From the IMG/VR virus record IMGVR_UViG_3300044652_000002, positions 1-43,984 of that record: DNA of 43,984 nt. One strand, 5' to 3'. The notes beneath the pieces were generated by a model. The model ran no database searches. It had not been told where the DNA came from and was given only the letters and a program-made list of their open reading frames with translations. A program made the position numbers and the translations under genes. This document shows positions 6,820 to 15,410 of this stretch, piece by piece. Position 1 is the stretch's first letter, and each line of letters begins with the position of its first letter. Source of the DNA: a virus (Duplodnaviria; Caudoviricetes).

Positions 6820-7494
6820 GTGACGGACAGGGTTGTGCGGGATGAACTGCTCACGAGCGAGCGGTATTGGTCGGTCAGCATCGAGGCTCAACGCCTCTTC
6901 GTGCATTTGATTCTCTGCGCTGACGACCTCGGAAGATTCAGCGGGAAGAATTACACCATTCGCACGGCCTGTTTCCCCGGCCAGGCAGTCCAAGCAGAGA
7001 AGGTCGAGAAGCTTTTAACCGAGCTTCAGGACGCGGATTTGGTGCGGATCTACCAGCATGAAAGTGAGCGATTCATTTTCATCCCGAGATTCCGTCAAAG
7101 GCTGCGTTATTTCCACAGCCGTTACCCTGCCCCTCCTAAAGAAATCAGCGATGTAGCTACAGAAAAGTCTGACTCAAGACGGACTACGGTCAGTCCCGAG
7201 TCTGACTCAAGTCAGCGTAAGAGAAGTGAAGTGAAGAGAAGAGAAGAAAAGCTAGTAGGTCGCGCTTCGCGCATCCCTGCTGCTTGGGAGCCTTCGGATT
7301 CCCTAACGTCATGGTTTAGGGAGAACCGCCCGGACTTAGACCTTTTTGCGACGGTTGCGAACTTCAGGGACCACTGGATAGCGGCCTCGGGGACCAAGGC
7401 GCGCAAGCACGATTGGGACGCCGCTTTCAGAACTTGGGCTAGAAACGAGCGCGGCGGGAAGGCTAGCCAGCAGCCGGTGAAGGTGGACATTTGA
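6820..7494 (+). CDS. Replication initiator (O-like, DnaT-like C-terminus)
   Basis: ADDLGRF N-terminal motif; FRDHW...DWDAAFRTW C-terminus; internal repeats. Confidence 0.8.
   Translation: MTDRVVRDELLTSERYWSVSIEAQRLFVHLILCADDLGRFSGKNYTIRTACFPGQAVQAEKVEKLLTELQDADLVRIYQHESERFIFIPRFRQRLRYFHSRYPAPPKEISDVATEKSDSRRTTVSPESDSSQRKRSEVKRREEKLVGRASRIPAAWEPSDSLTSWFRENRPDLDLFATVANFRDHWIAASGTKARKHDWDAAFRTWARNERGGKASQQPVKVDI
7166..7251. other. Putative replication origin inside the initiator gene
   Basis: AGTCTGACTCAAG repeated at 7166 and 7199, then a purine-skewed AAGAG/AAGTG tract. Confidence 0.6.
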
Positions 7495-7907
7495 CCGCCG
7501 ATCAATTCGTCTCCGGTCTCGCAAAAGTCAGACGCACAGCTCCAGGCGAATGGGTCGCCTGCTGCCCGGCCCATGAAGATCGCTCGCCATCTCTCGCGGT
7601 GAAGGAAGCCGACGACGGGCGGATCTTGGTTCACTGCTTTGCGGGCTGCTCATTCGAGTCCGTCGTCAGCGCGGCCGGCGCAAAGCCAGAAGAGCTATTC
7701 CCAGCGAAGCCGATGCAGAAAGATCACGCGCCGCGTTTCCCGTTCAACCCCGCAACAGTGCTTCGCGCGCTCGCATTTAACGCAACCATCGTGGCGATTG
7801 CCGCTTCGGACATGGCGCAAGGCAAGCAATTGACAGTTGAAGAGAAGGACAAGCTATTCGACATCGCTGGCGAATTTAACGAGGCTGTGAGTTATGCAAC
7901 TCGTTGA
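7491..7907 (+). CDS. Primase-type Zn-finger protein
   Basis: CCPAHEDRSPSL...LVHCFAGC. Confidence 0.85.
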   Translation: MTADQFVSGLAKVRRTAPGEWVACCPAHEDRSPSLAVKEADDGRILVHCFAGCSFESVVSAAGAKPEELFPAKPMQKDHAPRFPFNPATVLRALAFNATIVAIAASDMAQGKQLTVEEKDKLFDIAGEFNEAVSYATR

Positions 7908-8826
7908 GCGCGCTATCAAGCGATTTAACGGCGTGATCGACGGAGACTCGATCAATTGGCAGCAGTACATGAAGCCGTCCGATGCCGCCCGAATCGTTCC
8001 TGCGGAAGCCCTAGCCGAGAGAGGCAAAGCTCGGTTGATGATCGGCGCAGACCAAGAGGAAGGGCTAACACTCCCCTGGGCAAAGACGCATGGAAAGGTT
8101 CTGATCCGTCCGGGCAAGGTTTGCGTATGGGCAGGCTGGACGCACCACGGCAAGACGCAGATGGTTAAGCATCTCCAGCTCCACGCGCTCTCGAGATCCG
8201 AGAAAAGCCTGATCGCCTCGATGGAAGAAGAAGTCGTGGACGTTTGGACCGATATGGCCACGATGGCGTGCGGTAGCCAAGAGCCGCCGCTTAAAGAGGT
8301 CGAGTCATTCGTAGAGTTCGTGCGCGGGAAGCTTTGGCTCTACGACCAGCAAGGCATGGTTGACGCTAAGAAGATGCTCGCCGTTATCAGGTATTCGGCC
8401 GCCGAGTTGAAGGTGACTCAGGCCGTCGTGGACTCGCTAATGATGCTCGCGATGGGTCGTGATGACTACGAAGCCCAAGCCGATTTCGTAGGCGAGCTCA
8501 AATCCGTGGCGAAAGACACCGGCGTAACCGTGCATCTCGTTTGCCATATGCGAAAGCGCGATGGCAAGGCGGGCGACGAAGCCCCAGGCACTACGCACGA
8601 CATCGCTGGGGGACATGAGATCGCGTCCAAGGCCGACTACGTTTTTATGCCTTGGAGAGACAAAAAACCGAATGCGAATCCGTCTTGCATTCTCAAGGTT
8701 GACAAGCAGCGCGGCCGGAAGAACTGGATCGGATCTGTGGGATTGAACTATCACGCCAACTCGCGTCAGTTCATTGAGGACGTTCACCCGATGAGGTTTT
8801 GGGGCGATGCAGGCCAAGAGTTCTAA
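7894..8826 (+). CDS. DnaB-like SF4 helicase
   Basis: GWTHHGKT Walker A, SMEE, VVDSL, HLVCH, KQR. Confidence 0.88.
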   Translation: MQLVERAIKRFNGVIDGDSINWQQYMKPSDAARIVPAEALAERGKARLMIGADQEEGLTLPWAKTHGKVLIRPGKVCVWAGWTHHGKTQMVKHLQLHALSRSEKSLIASMEEEVVDVWTDMATMACGSQEPPLKEVESFVEFVRGKLWLYDQQGMVDAKKMLAVIRYSAAELKVTQAVVDSLMMLAMGRDDYEAQADFVGELKSVAKDTGVTVHLVCHMRKRDGKAGDEAPGTTHDIAGGHEIASKADYVFMPWRDKKPNANPSCILKVDKQRGRKNWIGSVGLNYHANSRQFIEDVHPMRFWGDAGQEF

Positions 8827-8986
8827 CCACGACCGAGCGCCTTTGTGCGCCGCTTTCGTCAAGGCGATGCGAGAAACCTTTGGTGAAATCTCTGTTCTTT
8901 ACGTTTCCGAGAATGGCCTGCAATTGGGCGAGAAGGACGCTAATCAATGGGCGTCGTGCTTCTTCGTTGGCAAGGCTGAGGAATGA
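8807..8986 (+). CDS. small phage protein (59 aa, PLCAAFVKAMRETFG...SENG)
   Basis: Read by hand; ATGA overlap with ninB. Confidence 0.6.
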   Translation: MQAKSSNHDRAPLCAAFVKAMRETFGEISVLYVSENGLQLGEKDANQWASCFFVGKAEE

Positions 8987-9378
8987 GCCGCAGTTTCGTT
9001 ATCACTACTTCGGATCAGCGCGACAGGCTCTTTCAGTTCCTATCCAGGCGCGAACTTCCTATGCAGGTTGATGTGGGCGAGCCTCGAGAGCCTAGGACTT
9101 TGAGCCAGAACAATCGCCTTTGGGCGCTGCATACCCTCGCTTCGGCCGAGACCGGGTACACCCCCGATGAGCTTCATAACCTGATGCTCGCCAAGTTCTA
9201 CGGTACTAAAGAGATCGAAGTGAAGGGCTACAGGTTCACCGTGCCGGCGAAGAGGTCCAGCACGCGAGACAAGCAGGAGTTCAGGGAATTTCTGGATAAC
9301 GTCGAAACGTACTACGCATCAGAACTAGGAGTTTGGCTTGGCCAAGAAGAACAAGAAGCCCTCGTTCGCGGCGCTTAA
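8983..9378 (+). CDS. ninB: NinB-like recombination protein
   Basis: RTLSQNNRLWAL...SST..KQEF.EFL..VE. Confidence 0.8.
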   Translation: MSRSFVITTSDQRDRLFQFLSRRELPMQVDVGEPREPRTLSQNNRLWALHTLASAETGYTPDELHNLMLAKFYGTKEIEVKGYRFTVPAKRSSTRDKQEFREFLDNVETYYASELGVWLGQEEQEALVRGA

Positions 9379-9742
9379 AAAGAAACTAGACGCTGTTTTC
9401 TCTCAGTGGATTCGCAGGAAAGATGCTACTTCCCAGGGTCTCGCTGTCTGCGTGTCGTGCGGGGCGGTAAAGCTTTGGAAGGAACAACAGTGCGGGCATT
9501 TTGTCTCAAGGATCTATCTCGCTACGAGATGGCACGAGAAGAATGCCGCCGTTCAGTGTGGCGCGTGCAACGTACTGAGGAGAGGCAACTACGCCGAGTA
9601 CACAGCCTACATGCTCAGGAAGTACGGCCAGGAGGTAATTGACGAGTTGATTAGGTTGAAGCGCCAGCCGGTGAAGATGACCGCCGCCGAGCTGGAAGAG
9701 AAGATCCAGTTCTACCAACAAAAACTAGAAAGCCTCGCATGA
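9338..9742 (+). CDS. ninG: NinG/Rap endonuclease
   Basis: LDAVFSQWIR.KD..CVSCG..QCGHF.SR...RW.E.N...QC..CN. Confidence 0.9.
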   Translation: MAKKNKKPSFAALKKKLDAVFSQWIRRKDATSQGLAVCVSCGAVKLWKEQQCGHFVSRIYLATRWHEKNAAVQCGACNVLRRGNYAEYTAYMLRKYGQEVIDELIRLKRQPVKMTAAELEEKIQFYQQKLESLA

Positions 9743-9912
9743 CCCCAAACCCGAAGAAAGAGCGAGTCCTTCAGATCGCCAAGGATCACCCAGACCTAAA
9801 TAGAGCCGAGATTGCCAGAATGGCGAACTGCTCCGCCGCCTTCGTCACTCAGACCCTCGGAACGGTCAGGCAGTACAAGAAGCGCGAGAAGCCCCAGGAG
9901 CAGCCGTCTTGA
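9739..9912 (+). CDS. small HTH protein (57 aa)
   Basis: HPDLNRAEIARMANCSAAFVTQTL; coupled on both sides. Confidence 0.7.
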   Translation: MTPNPKKERVLQIAKDHPDLNRAEIARMANCSAAFVTQTLGTVRQYKKREKPQEQPS

Positions 9913-10451
9913 GGGAGAAGATATTTAAGTCCCTCAATACCTCTGATCTCTCAAACGAGGAATGGGAGAACGCGGCCCATGTTGTAGCTTCGATTGGTGC
10001 GGCGCAAATTAACCGACGCCAATTAACCCTCGGCGCGTTGCTTTTGAGGCTCCGAGCTGGGCACGCTCAATTCCTCCCAAGGATCTTGGCTCTTCTGAGC
10101 CTCACAATCGCATCTAGAGCGCGCAGGAGCCATTGGAAGGGCATCGGACGCCACAACGCCCACACTGTCGCTCAAATCGCCGTAGATCGCTTCCTGGATG
10201 TTCTGTGCAGTGATTGTCGAGGAGTAGGAACCATCGGTGAATTAGGCCAAGTCATTGTCCTTTGCCAAACCTGCCGTGGTTCAGGCAAGCGGAAGGACTC
10301 TCAGCACTCGATGGCCGACGACTTAAATATGTCCATTGCTCAATTCAAGGAGCATGGCATTGCTGCTCACTTAAAAGAGATCTTGGCATTGATGGATCGC
10401 ATGGAAGGTATGGCGGCCGGCGGAACGAAACTTCAAGCGCGAGGAAATTAA
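9909..10451 (+). CDS. Q-like late antiterminator with a DnaJ-type Zn finger
   Basis: CSDCRGVG...CQTCRGSG; last gene before the late operon. Confidence 0.7.
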   Translation: MREKIFKSLNTSDLSNEEWENAAHVVASIGAAQINRRQLTLGALLLRLRAGHAQFLPRILALLSLTIASRARRSHWKGIGRHNAHTVAQIAVDRFLDVLCSDCRGVGTIGELGQVIVLCQTCRGSGKRKDSQHSMADDLNMSIAQFKEHGIAAHLKEILALMDRMEGMAAGGTKLQARGN

Positions 10452-10524
10452 GCGAAAGTTCTTGCGCGAGTCATCTTTTGAGCGTAGTAAGCGTTAACGC
10501 CGTACCGAAGTAGAAGAACAATTC

Positions 10525-10724
10525 GGAGCGCCCGGTCGAGCTTACTCCCGGTTATCGCGAATCTAACGGATTCGCTCGCTCTAAAAAATCGCGCCTCCCG
10601 CCAGAAACCGCTAACAACCGTTCAACCGATAGCAAGCGGGCTGTCTGCGCTCGTGGAGGCCGACTTTCCTCCTTCAAGGAACGTTCTCGGACGTAAACCG
10701 AGTGGCGCAGGCTGTAGGCGCGAT
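10525..10724 (+). ncRNA. Candidate structured RNA in the late leader
   Basis: Nested helices: 10557-63/10569-75, 10588-96/10716-24, 10597-601/10636-40, 10643-50/10705-12, 10655-59/10668-72, 10686-90/10698-702. Confidence 0.55.
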
Positions 10725-10789
10725 CTCGCTTCGATCTAAGCAGGCCGCTGGCTCCTGCGCGACGGGCCATCCTTTCAGGAAGATTCAGA

Positions 10790-11485
10790 ATCGAGCAAAT
10801 CCGGCTGTTTATTGGGCACGATCCGAGAGAAGCAGTAGGGACGCACGTCTTCCTCGAGTCTCTGTGGGAGAAGTGCGAAGCTCAGGTAAATCTAACGGTC
10901 CTGACGCCGAACCTCATTAGTGCGCTAAATCTTAGTTCGGACGGGACAAACAGCTTCAGCACAGCCAGGTTTGCGATCCCCGAGCTGATGGGTTACTCGG
11001 GAAGAGCAATCTTCATGGATGGCGCGGATATGCTTCTGCGCTGCGATATTAGGGAGCTGTGGAACGAGAAAGACGGCCCAGAGGCGGTGAAGGTCGTTAA
11101 GCACGACTACCGCACGAAGAACCCACGGAAGTACGTTGGCACTCCTCTAGAAGCGAATAACGAAGACTACGAGCGGAAGAACTGGTCTTCAGTGGTTATT
11201 TGGAACTGCGGGCATTGGGCGCACTTCCGAAACCGCGAAAAGCTTTTAAGCAACGACGGCAAATACCTTCACCGATTTAGCTGGCTTCAGGATCACGAGA
11301 TTGGGGATCTACCAGCGAGGTTTAATCATTTAGTCGGTGAGCAAGACTTTGACGAGAAAGCCAAGATCGCCCATTTCACCTTGGGGATACCTGGCTTTGA
11401 GCATTACCGCCACGCCGATTACGCGCAGGAGTGGACGGAGCAACTGAAGCGCGCGGCTCGAGGACTTCAGTATCTAGGAAAGTAA
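10790..11485 (+). CDS. GT-A fold glycosyltransferase (probable ATC start)
   Basis: IRLFIGHDPRE, TNSFSTARF, FMDGADM, KNWSSV, HFTLGIP; the frame is open from 10790 with no ATG/GTG/TTG before 10988. Confidence 0.82.
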   Translation: MEQIRLFIGHDPREAVGTHVFLESLWEKCEAQVNLTVLTPNLISALNLSSDGTNSFSTARFAIPELMGYSGRAIFMDGADMLLRCDIRELWNEKDGPEAVKVVKHDYRTKNPRKYVGTPLEANNEDYERKNWSSVVIWNCGHWAHFRNREKLLSNDGKYLHRFSWLQDHEIGDLPARFNHLVGEQDFDEKAKIAHFTLGIPGFEHYRHADYAQEWTEQLKRAARGLQYLGK

Positions 11486-11489
11486 ATCT

Positions 11490-11711
11490 ATGGCCGCTCC
11501 GAATCCCAAAGGCAGCACTGGTTACAGAGGCCGCGCCTCTACTCCAGGAAGCAATTCGCAGCACAAGGTTGGTAAGTGGAATGTGACGGCCGAGCTGCAG
11601 AAGGATACGGGCTCAATCATGGATGTTGACCGACCTTCCAGTTATGCCCAGATCGGCCCTCAGTCCAAGACTGGCTTTGGGAAGAACGAAGACCATACGA
11701 AGGGAAGCTAA
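11490..11711 (+). CDS. hypothetical protein
   Basis: AGGA SD; abuts the next gene. Confidence 0.65.
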   Translation: MAAPNPKGSTGYRGRASTPGSNSQHKVGKWNVTAELQKDTGSIMDVDRPSSYAQIGPQSKTGFGKNEDHTKGS

Positions 11712-11927
11712 ATGGCAAAGATGAACGGGTGTAACGAAGGAATGGTTGGTCCCAACGGGACGCATTCCACGAGAATGCAGCCGCAAAACCACGGACGCCA
11801 GAACCTAGCTAAGGGCGGAGTCAACAAGCACTCAGGCGGTTCTGACAAATGGGGCGAGAAGCCCAGCGTAGCGGCTGGTGGTGCTCATCAGGGCAAATAC
11901 ACCCACATGCCGAAGAAGTATGGCTAA
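11712..11927 (+). CDS. hypothetical protein (basic, Gly-rich)
   Basis: Coupled ORF. Confidence 0.65.
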   Translation: MAKMNGCNEGMVGPNGTHSTRMQPQNHGRQNLAKGGVNKHSGGSDKWGEKPSVAAGGAHQGKYTHMPKKYG

Positions 11928-12108
11928 AGGCGCTCGGCACTGGATTGCTGGTGCTATTCAGCATCCCGGCGCTCTTCACAAGGAACTCGGTATTCCAAAG
12001 GGCAAGAAGATCCCAGCGAAGACCTTAGCCAAAGCCGCCAAGAAACCAGGCATTGAGGGCAAGAGGGCAAGGCTCGCTCAGGCCCTCAAGAAGATGCGTA
12101 GCTACTAA
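11920..12108 (+). CDS. small basic phage protein
   Basis: WIAGAIQHPGALHKELGIPKGKKIPAK...RARLAQALKKM. Confidence 0.75.
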   Translation: MAKGARHWIAGAIQHPGALHKELGIPKGKKIPAKTLAKAAKKPGIEGKRARLAQALKKMRSY

Positions 12109-12524
12109 TGGCAAATCAGTTCGACCGCAGAGGCCCGCCGGAACGCCTGAAAAAGGGCCATGACGACAGCACGAAGGACAAGATTCGCGCTGAAATGCTC
12201 TCCAAAAGACTGGAGAAGTACGCCAAAGCCAAGGGTAAATCCATCGAGAAGTACCGCATGGAGCCCGCCCAGGTGCAAGCCGCCAAGGTTCTGATCGAGC
12301 GCGGCAAGCCTGCTCTACAAGCCGTAGAGCAAACCATCGTTAATCCGATGGATCAAATGAGCCCAGAGGAGATTAGGGAGCAGGCAAAGGCCCTCATTTC
12401 TTCTCAGATTCCGCTGGTGCTCGATGCAATCGACTCAGATCCAGCTCTCAAGGCCGCTGTCCAGGCGCATATCAGCCAGAAACCTGTGTTGGTAGAGCAC
12501 AAACAGGACACAAAGGCGGCGTAA
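12108..12524 (+). CDS. Probable terminase small subunit
   Basis: QVQAAKVLIERGKPALQAVE motif, size and position. Confidence 0.55.
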   Translation: MANQFDRRGPPERLKKGHDDSTKDKIRAEMLSKRLEKYAKAKGKSIEKYRMEPAQVQAAKVLIERGKPALQAVEQTIVNPMDQMSPEEIREQAKALISSQIPLVLDAIDSDPALKAAVQAHISQKPVLVEHKQDTKAA

Positions 12525-12680
12525 GTCGTTCATTCGTAAGGCAGTACAGCGGATTAGCCAACTGATGCTCAATCAGTAGGCCAGGAGATTCCCTTGGCCG
12601 AGCTGGCCGGCATGGGGTGCCCTCCCCCACGGCTCGCATGAGCGGGCACGAGTACCCCTTCCCATATTTTCGGAGCCCAT

Positions 12681-12977
12681 TTGCTTCCCCCGTTATGCCA
12701 GATGTGCGGCACGAAGCATCACGCGCATCAGGCGCATGTCTTTGCATCTAACAGGGCTGCATCTAACACAAGTGCATCTAACAGATCAGCAGAGGTCCGA
12801 CCTAGAGCGGTTATGGGCGAGGGCAAAGACAGCGCCGGCTGGGAGTGCGGAGCGCGGTCAGGTGGATTGGGAAGTGATGCGGTGGTGGGAGGAGTTAATC
12901 GGAAGCAGCGCTGGTCAAGAGACGCATACAACGCCTACCAGCGCGAGTACATGAGGAAGCGTCGGGCGCGTGGCTGA
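12681..12977 (+). CDS. Zn-finger/basic-tail protein with internal ASN repeats
   Basis: CQMCGTKHHAHQAH; YNAYQREYMRKRR. Confidence 0.65.
   Translation: MLPPLCQMCGTKHHAHQAHVFASNRAASNTSASNRSAEVRPRAVMGEGKDSAGWECGARSGGLGSDAVVGGVNRKQRWSRDAYNAYQREYMRKRRARG
12743..12783 (+). repeat. 3x TGCATCTAACA with a 15-bp period
   Basis: Copies at 12743, 12758 and 12773. Confidence 0.9.
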
Positions 12978-14022
12978 TTTCATCGCTGACTTCCGGGAGG
13001 TTATTCGGAGGGGTACAGGCAGCGAGCTAAAACAGAGACAAGTCCTGAGGAAGCTGGATCGGTTCGAGAGGGAGCTTAAAAAGGTTGGCGGGGATGTAAA
13101 TGCACATCCTCAGCGGAAGTTTGTTGAGGCTCTTTGCCAGGACGGGCACGGAGATTTTAAGGAGCTGATGAAGCAGCTCTGCTTTGCGAGACTGGTCCGT
13201 GGTGACTTTTCGAGCTGGGAGGGCTGGCAGTTCAGAAACGAGTGGGCTGAAGCTTCTTACCACCCGTCGATGTATGAAAGACGTTGGAAGCCTGGAGATG
13301 GGGCTAAATCTTTAGCTATCTTGGGGGAGCAGGGGATTGGGGACGAGATCATGTTCTCGTCTTGTCTTGGGGAGGTTTGTGATTTAGTCCCAGAGGTCGT
13401 GGTTGAGTGCGATCCTAGGTTACAAGCTGTGCTCGAGAGAAGCTTTCCGGTGAAGACGAGACCTAGGTCGGACATCATTCACCGTGGGACTTCGATCAGG
13501 TATTTAACCGCTGACCGTGAGGAGGAGAAGTTCATCCCCATTGGAGACTTACCAAAGCTCTTTAGGAGGTCCAGGGAAGACTTTCCTAGAGTCCCGTACC
13601 TCAAACCCCTGCCGGAGAAAGTCACGTCCTACGCCGATCTGAAAGGCAGGACCGGTATTGCCTGGAGGGGGAGGACTGGTCAATTTAGAGCCGAAGACCT
13701 GGGGGTGGTTAATCCGGTCTTTCTTCAATACGACGGCTGGGAGTACGAGACTGAGAATTTAAGCGGTTTCAGACCTCCTATTGATTTACACGATGACGTG
13801 GAAGACATCCTCGGGATCTGTGCGAATCTCGAGAAGGTCGTTACTACTACCCAGACGATTGTCCACTTCGCTGGAGCTGTAGGAACGAAGGTCGAAGTGA
13901 TCCTGCCGCCTAAAGGTTCTTCAAGGGTCGAGAACGCGATCCCTTACCGATACACCCAGCCGGAGATGGTGTGGTATCGGGATGTGAAAGTTTTTCCTAG
14001 CTTGATGGCTTACAAGAGATGA
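12970..14022 (+). CDS. GT-B-like glycosyltransferase (GT9/TPR-associated type)
   Basis: GEQGIGDEIMF, ECDPRL..VLERSFP, PIGDLP, GIAWRG, VHFAGAVG. Confidence 0.72.
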   Translation: MADFIADFREVIRRGTGSELKQRQVLRKLDRFERELKKVGGDVNAHPQRKFVEALCQDGHGDFKELMKQLCFARLVRGDFSSWEGWQFRNEWAEASYHPSMYERRWKPGDGAKSLAILGEQGIGDEIMFSSCLGEVCDLVPEVVVECDPRLQAVLERSFPVKTRPRSDIIHRGTSIRYLTADREEEKFIPIGDLPKLFRRSREDFPRVPYLKPLPEKVTSYADLKGRTGIAWRGRTGQFRAEDLGVVNPVFLQYDGWEYETENLSGFRPPIDLHDDVEDILGICANLEKVVTTTQTIVHFAGAVGTKVEVILPPKGSSRVENAIPYRYTQPEMVWYRDVKVFPSLMAYKR

Positions 14023-14660
14023 ACGTCTGCATCGTAGGTCACGGTCCGAGTCTCAGGACCGCGAAGCTGGGTAAAGAGATTGACGCTTGCGATTTGGTGG
14101 TGAGGTTGAAGAACTGCGGATATTTACTGGCTGAACCGCAGAACTACGGTCGCAGGACCGATGTCATGTGCTCCTCGACCGAGGTCTTGTACAACCTCCC
14201 GAAGATCAAAGCATCTGAGTATTGGGGCTGGCCGAAGAAGGGGGAATATTCTCCAGCCAGAGTTAAGAGACTCGAGCGGATCGTCAAACCGGCCCCGGTG
14301 AAAATTCCTCTGCAAGCGGCGATGCTTTGGACTGCTGTTTTCCACGAGCTGGGCGGGAAGCACAAACATCTTTCAACTGGCCTTGGCGCAATCGTTTGTG
14401 CTCTGGAACTGAAGAGGCCTGAAAAGATTTACCTCGCTGGTTTCGACAAGGTTATTAATCCAGAGACCGAGGGCTATCAGTCCACCGTCCCCACCCTTTG
14501 GAACAAAGAGGGTAAGGCGGATACGGGCCACGATTGGGCGAAAGAGAAAGAACTGCTTGGGTATCTGCAGGCTCACTACAACTCGAAAATAATCGACCTT
14601 GCTCGCGGTCACTACCTTTCACCCGCAGGGGTACAGCTCGTACGGCCGGCGGCTGCTTGA
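14019..14660 (+). CDS. GT29 sialyltransferase-like protein
   Basis: CIVGHGPSL...G.EID..D.VVRLKN...YG.RTD, STGL and AGFD sialyl-motif-like segments. Confidence 0.72.
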   Translation: MNVCIVGHGPSLRTAKLGKEIDACDLVVRLKNCGYLLAEPQNYGRRTDVMCSSTEVLYNLPKIKASEYWGWPKKGEYSPARVKRLERIVKPAPVKIPLQAAMLWTAVFHELGGKHKHLSTGLGAIVCALELKRPEKIYLAGFDKVINPETEGYQSTVPTLWNKEGKADTGHDWAKEKELLGYLQAHYNSKIIDLARGHYLSPAGVQLVRPAAA

Positions 14661-15333
14661 GGGATTAGCAGAGTTCTTTCCCGGGAAGACGGTTTCTTAC
14701 TACGAAGAGAAACCCGATCTTGAGCACGAAAAGATCGAGCATCGAGACCTCTTCCAGATTCCGGGCCTCAAGGAATTTCTAGAGAAGATCAAGAGGCACC
14801 CGGGGACAGACGGTAGGGGGCGTGATGGCCGGTACGACTACCGCTATAACGCCAGCGGGTTTTGCAGGAAGGTCTTCGCTCAGGACTCTGTTTTTGACGA
14901 AGACAGGTTTGTGTTTTGGTTCGACTCTGATTGCGTAGTCAAGAAGCCGATCCCGGAGGATTTCCTAGAAAGTCTTCTCGGCGGGACAGCACTTTGTTTC
15001 CTCGGCAGGAGTGGAGATCAGTCCTACACCGAGACCGGGTTTATTGGGTTTGACACCAAACACCCTGACTTTCAGAAATTCAGGTCACGGTATCTCAGCT
15101 ACTTCACAACCGGGAAGATTTTCTCGCAACTGAAGGGCTGGCACGACTGCATCGCGTTTGACTACGCGAGACAGGGAATAGAAGGTAAGAACCTAACCCC
15201 TGGAGGTCATGGGGTGGGGCATGTCCTGCCCGATTCCAAGATGGGGCAATACCTGGTCCACCTTAAAGGACCGAGGAAGTTCTCGGACAAATACATAAAG
15301 GACGCGCTTGCCTCCGTCGAAAGAGTGGCTTGA
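14599..15333 (+). CDS. GT-A glycosyltransferase
   Basis: F.RKVFA, FWFDSD, YTETGF, WHDC, HLKG. Confidence 0.75.
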   Translation: MLAVTTFHPQGYSSYGRRLLEGLAEFFPGKTVSYYEEKPDLEHEKIEHRDLFQIPGLKEFLEKIKRHPGTDGRGRDGRYDYRYNASGFCRKVFAQDSVFDEDRFVFWFDSDCVVKKPIPEDFLESLLGGTALCFLGRSGDQSYTETGFIGFDTKHPDFQKFRSRYLSYFTTGKIFSQLKGWHDCIAFDYARQGIEGKNLTPGGHGVGHVLPDSKMGQYLVHLKGPRKFSDKYIKDALASVERVA

Positions 15334-15410
15334 CCCGTTGTATTGGGCGATGGTGACGGATGGGATCCTCGCGCCCCCAGAAAACATAAAAGAAAAGCTA
15401 GAGGAGTTTC

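Noticed and set aside
10525-10582. Twister or other small ribozyme
   Set aside because: Only a superficial CCGGTC...CCGG resemblance; the conserved core and pseudoknots could not be built
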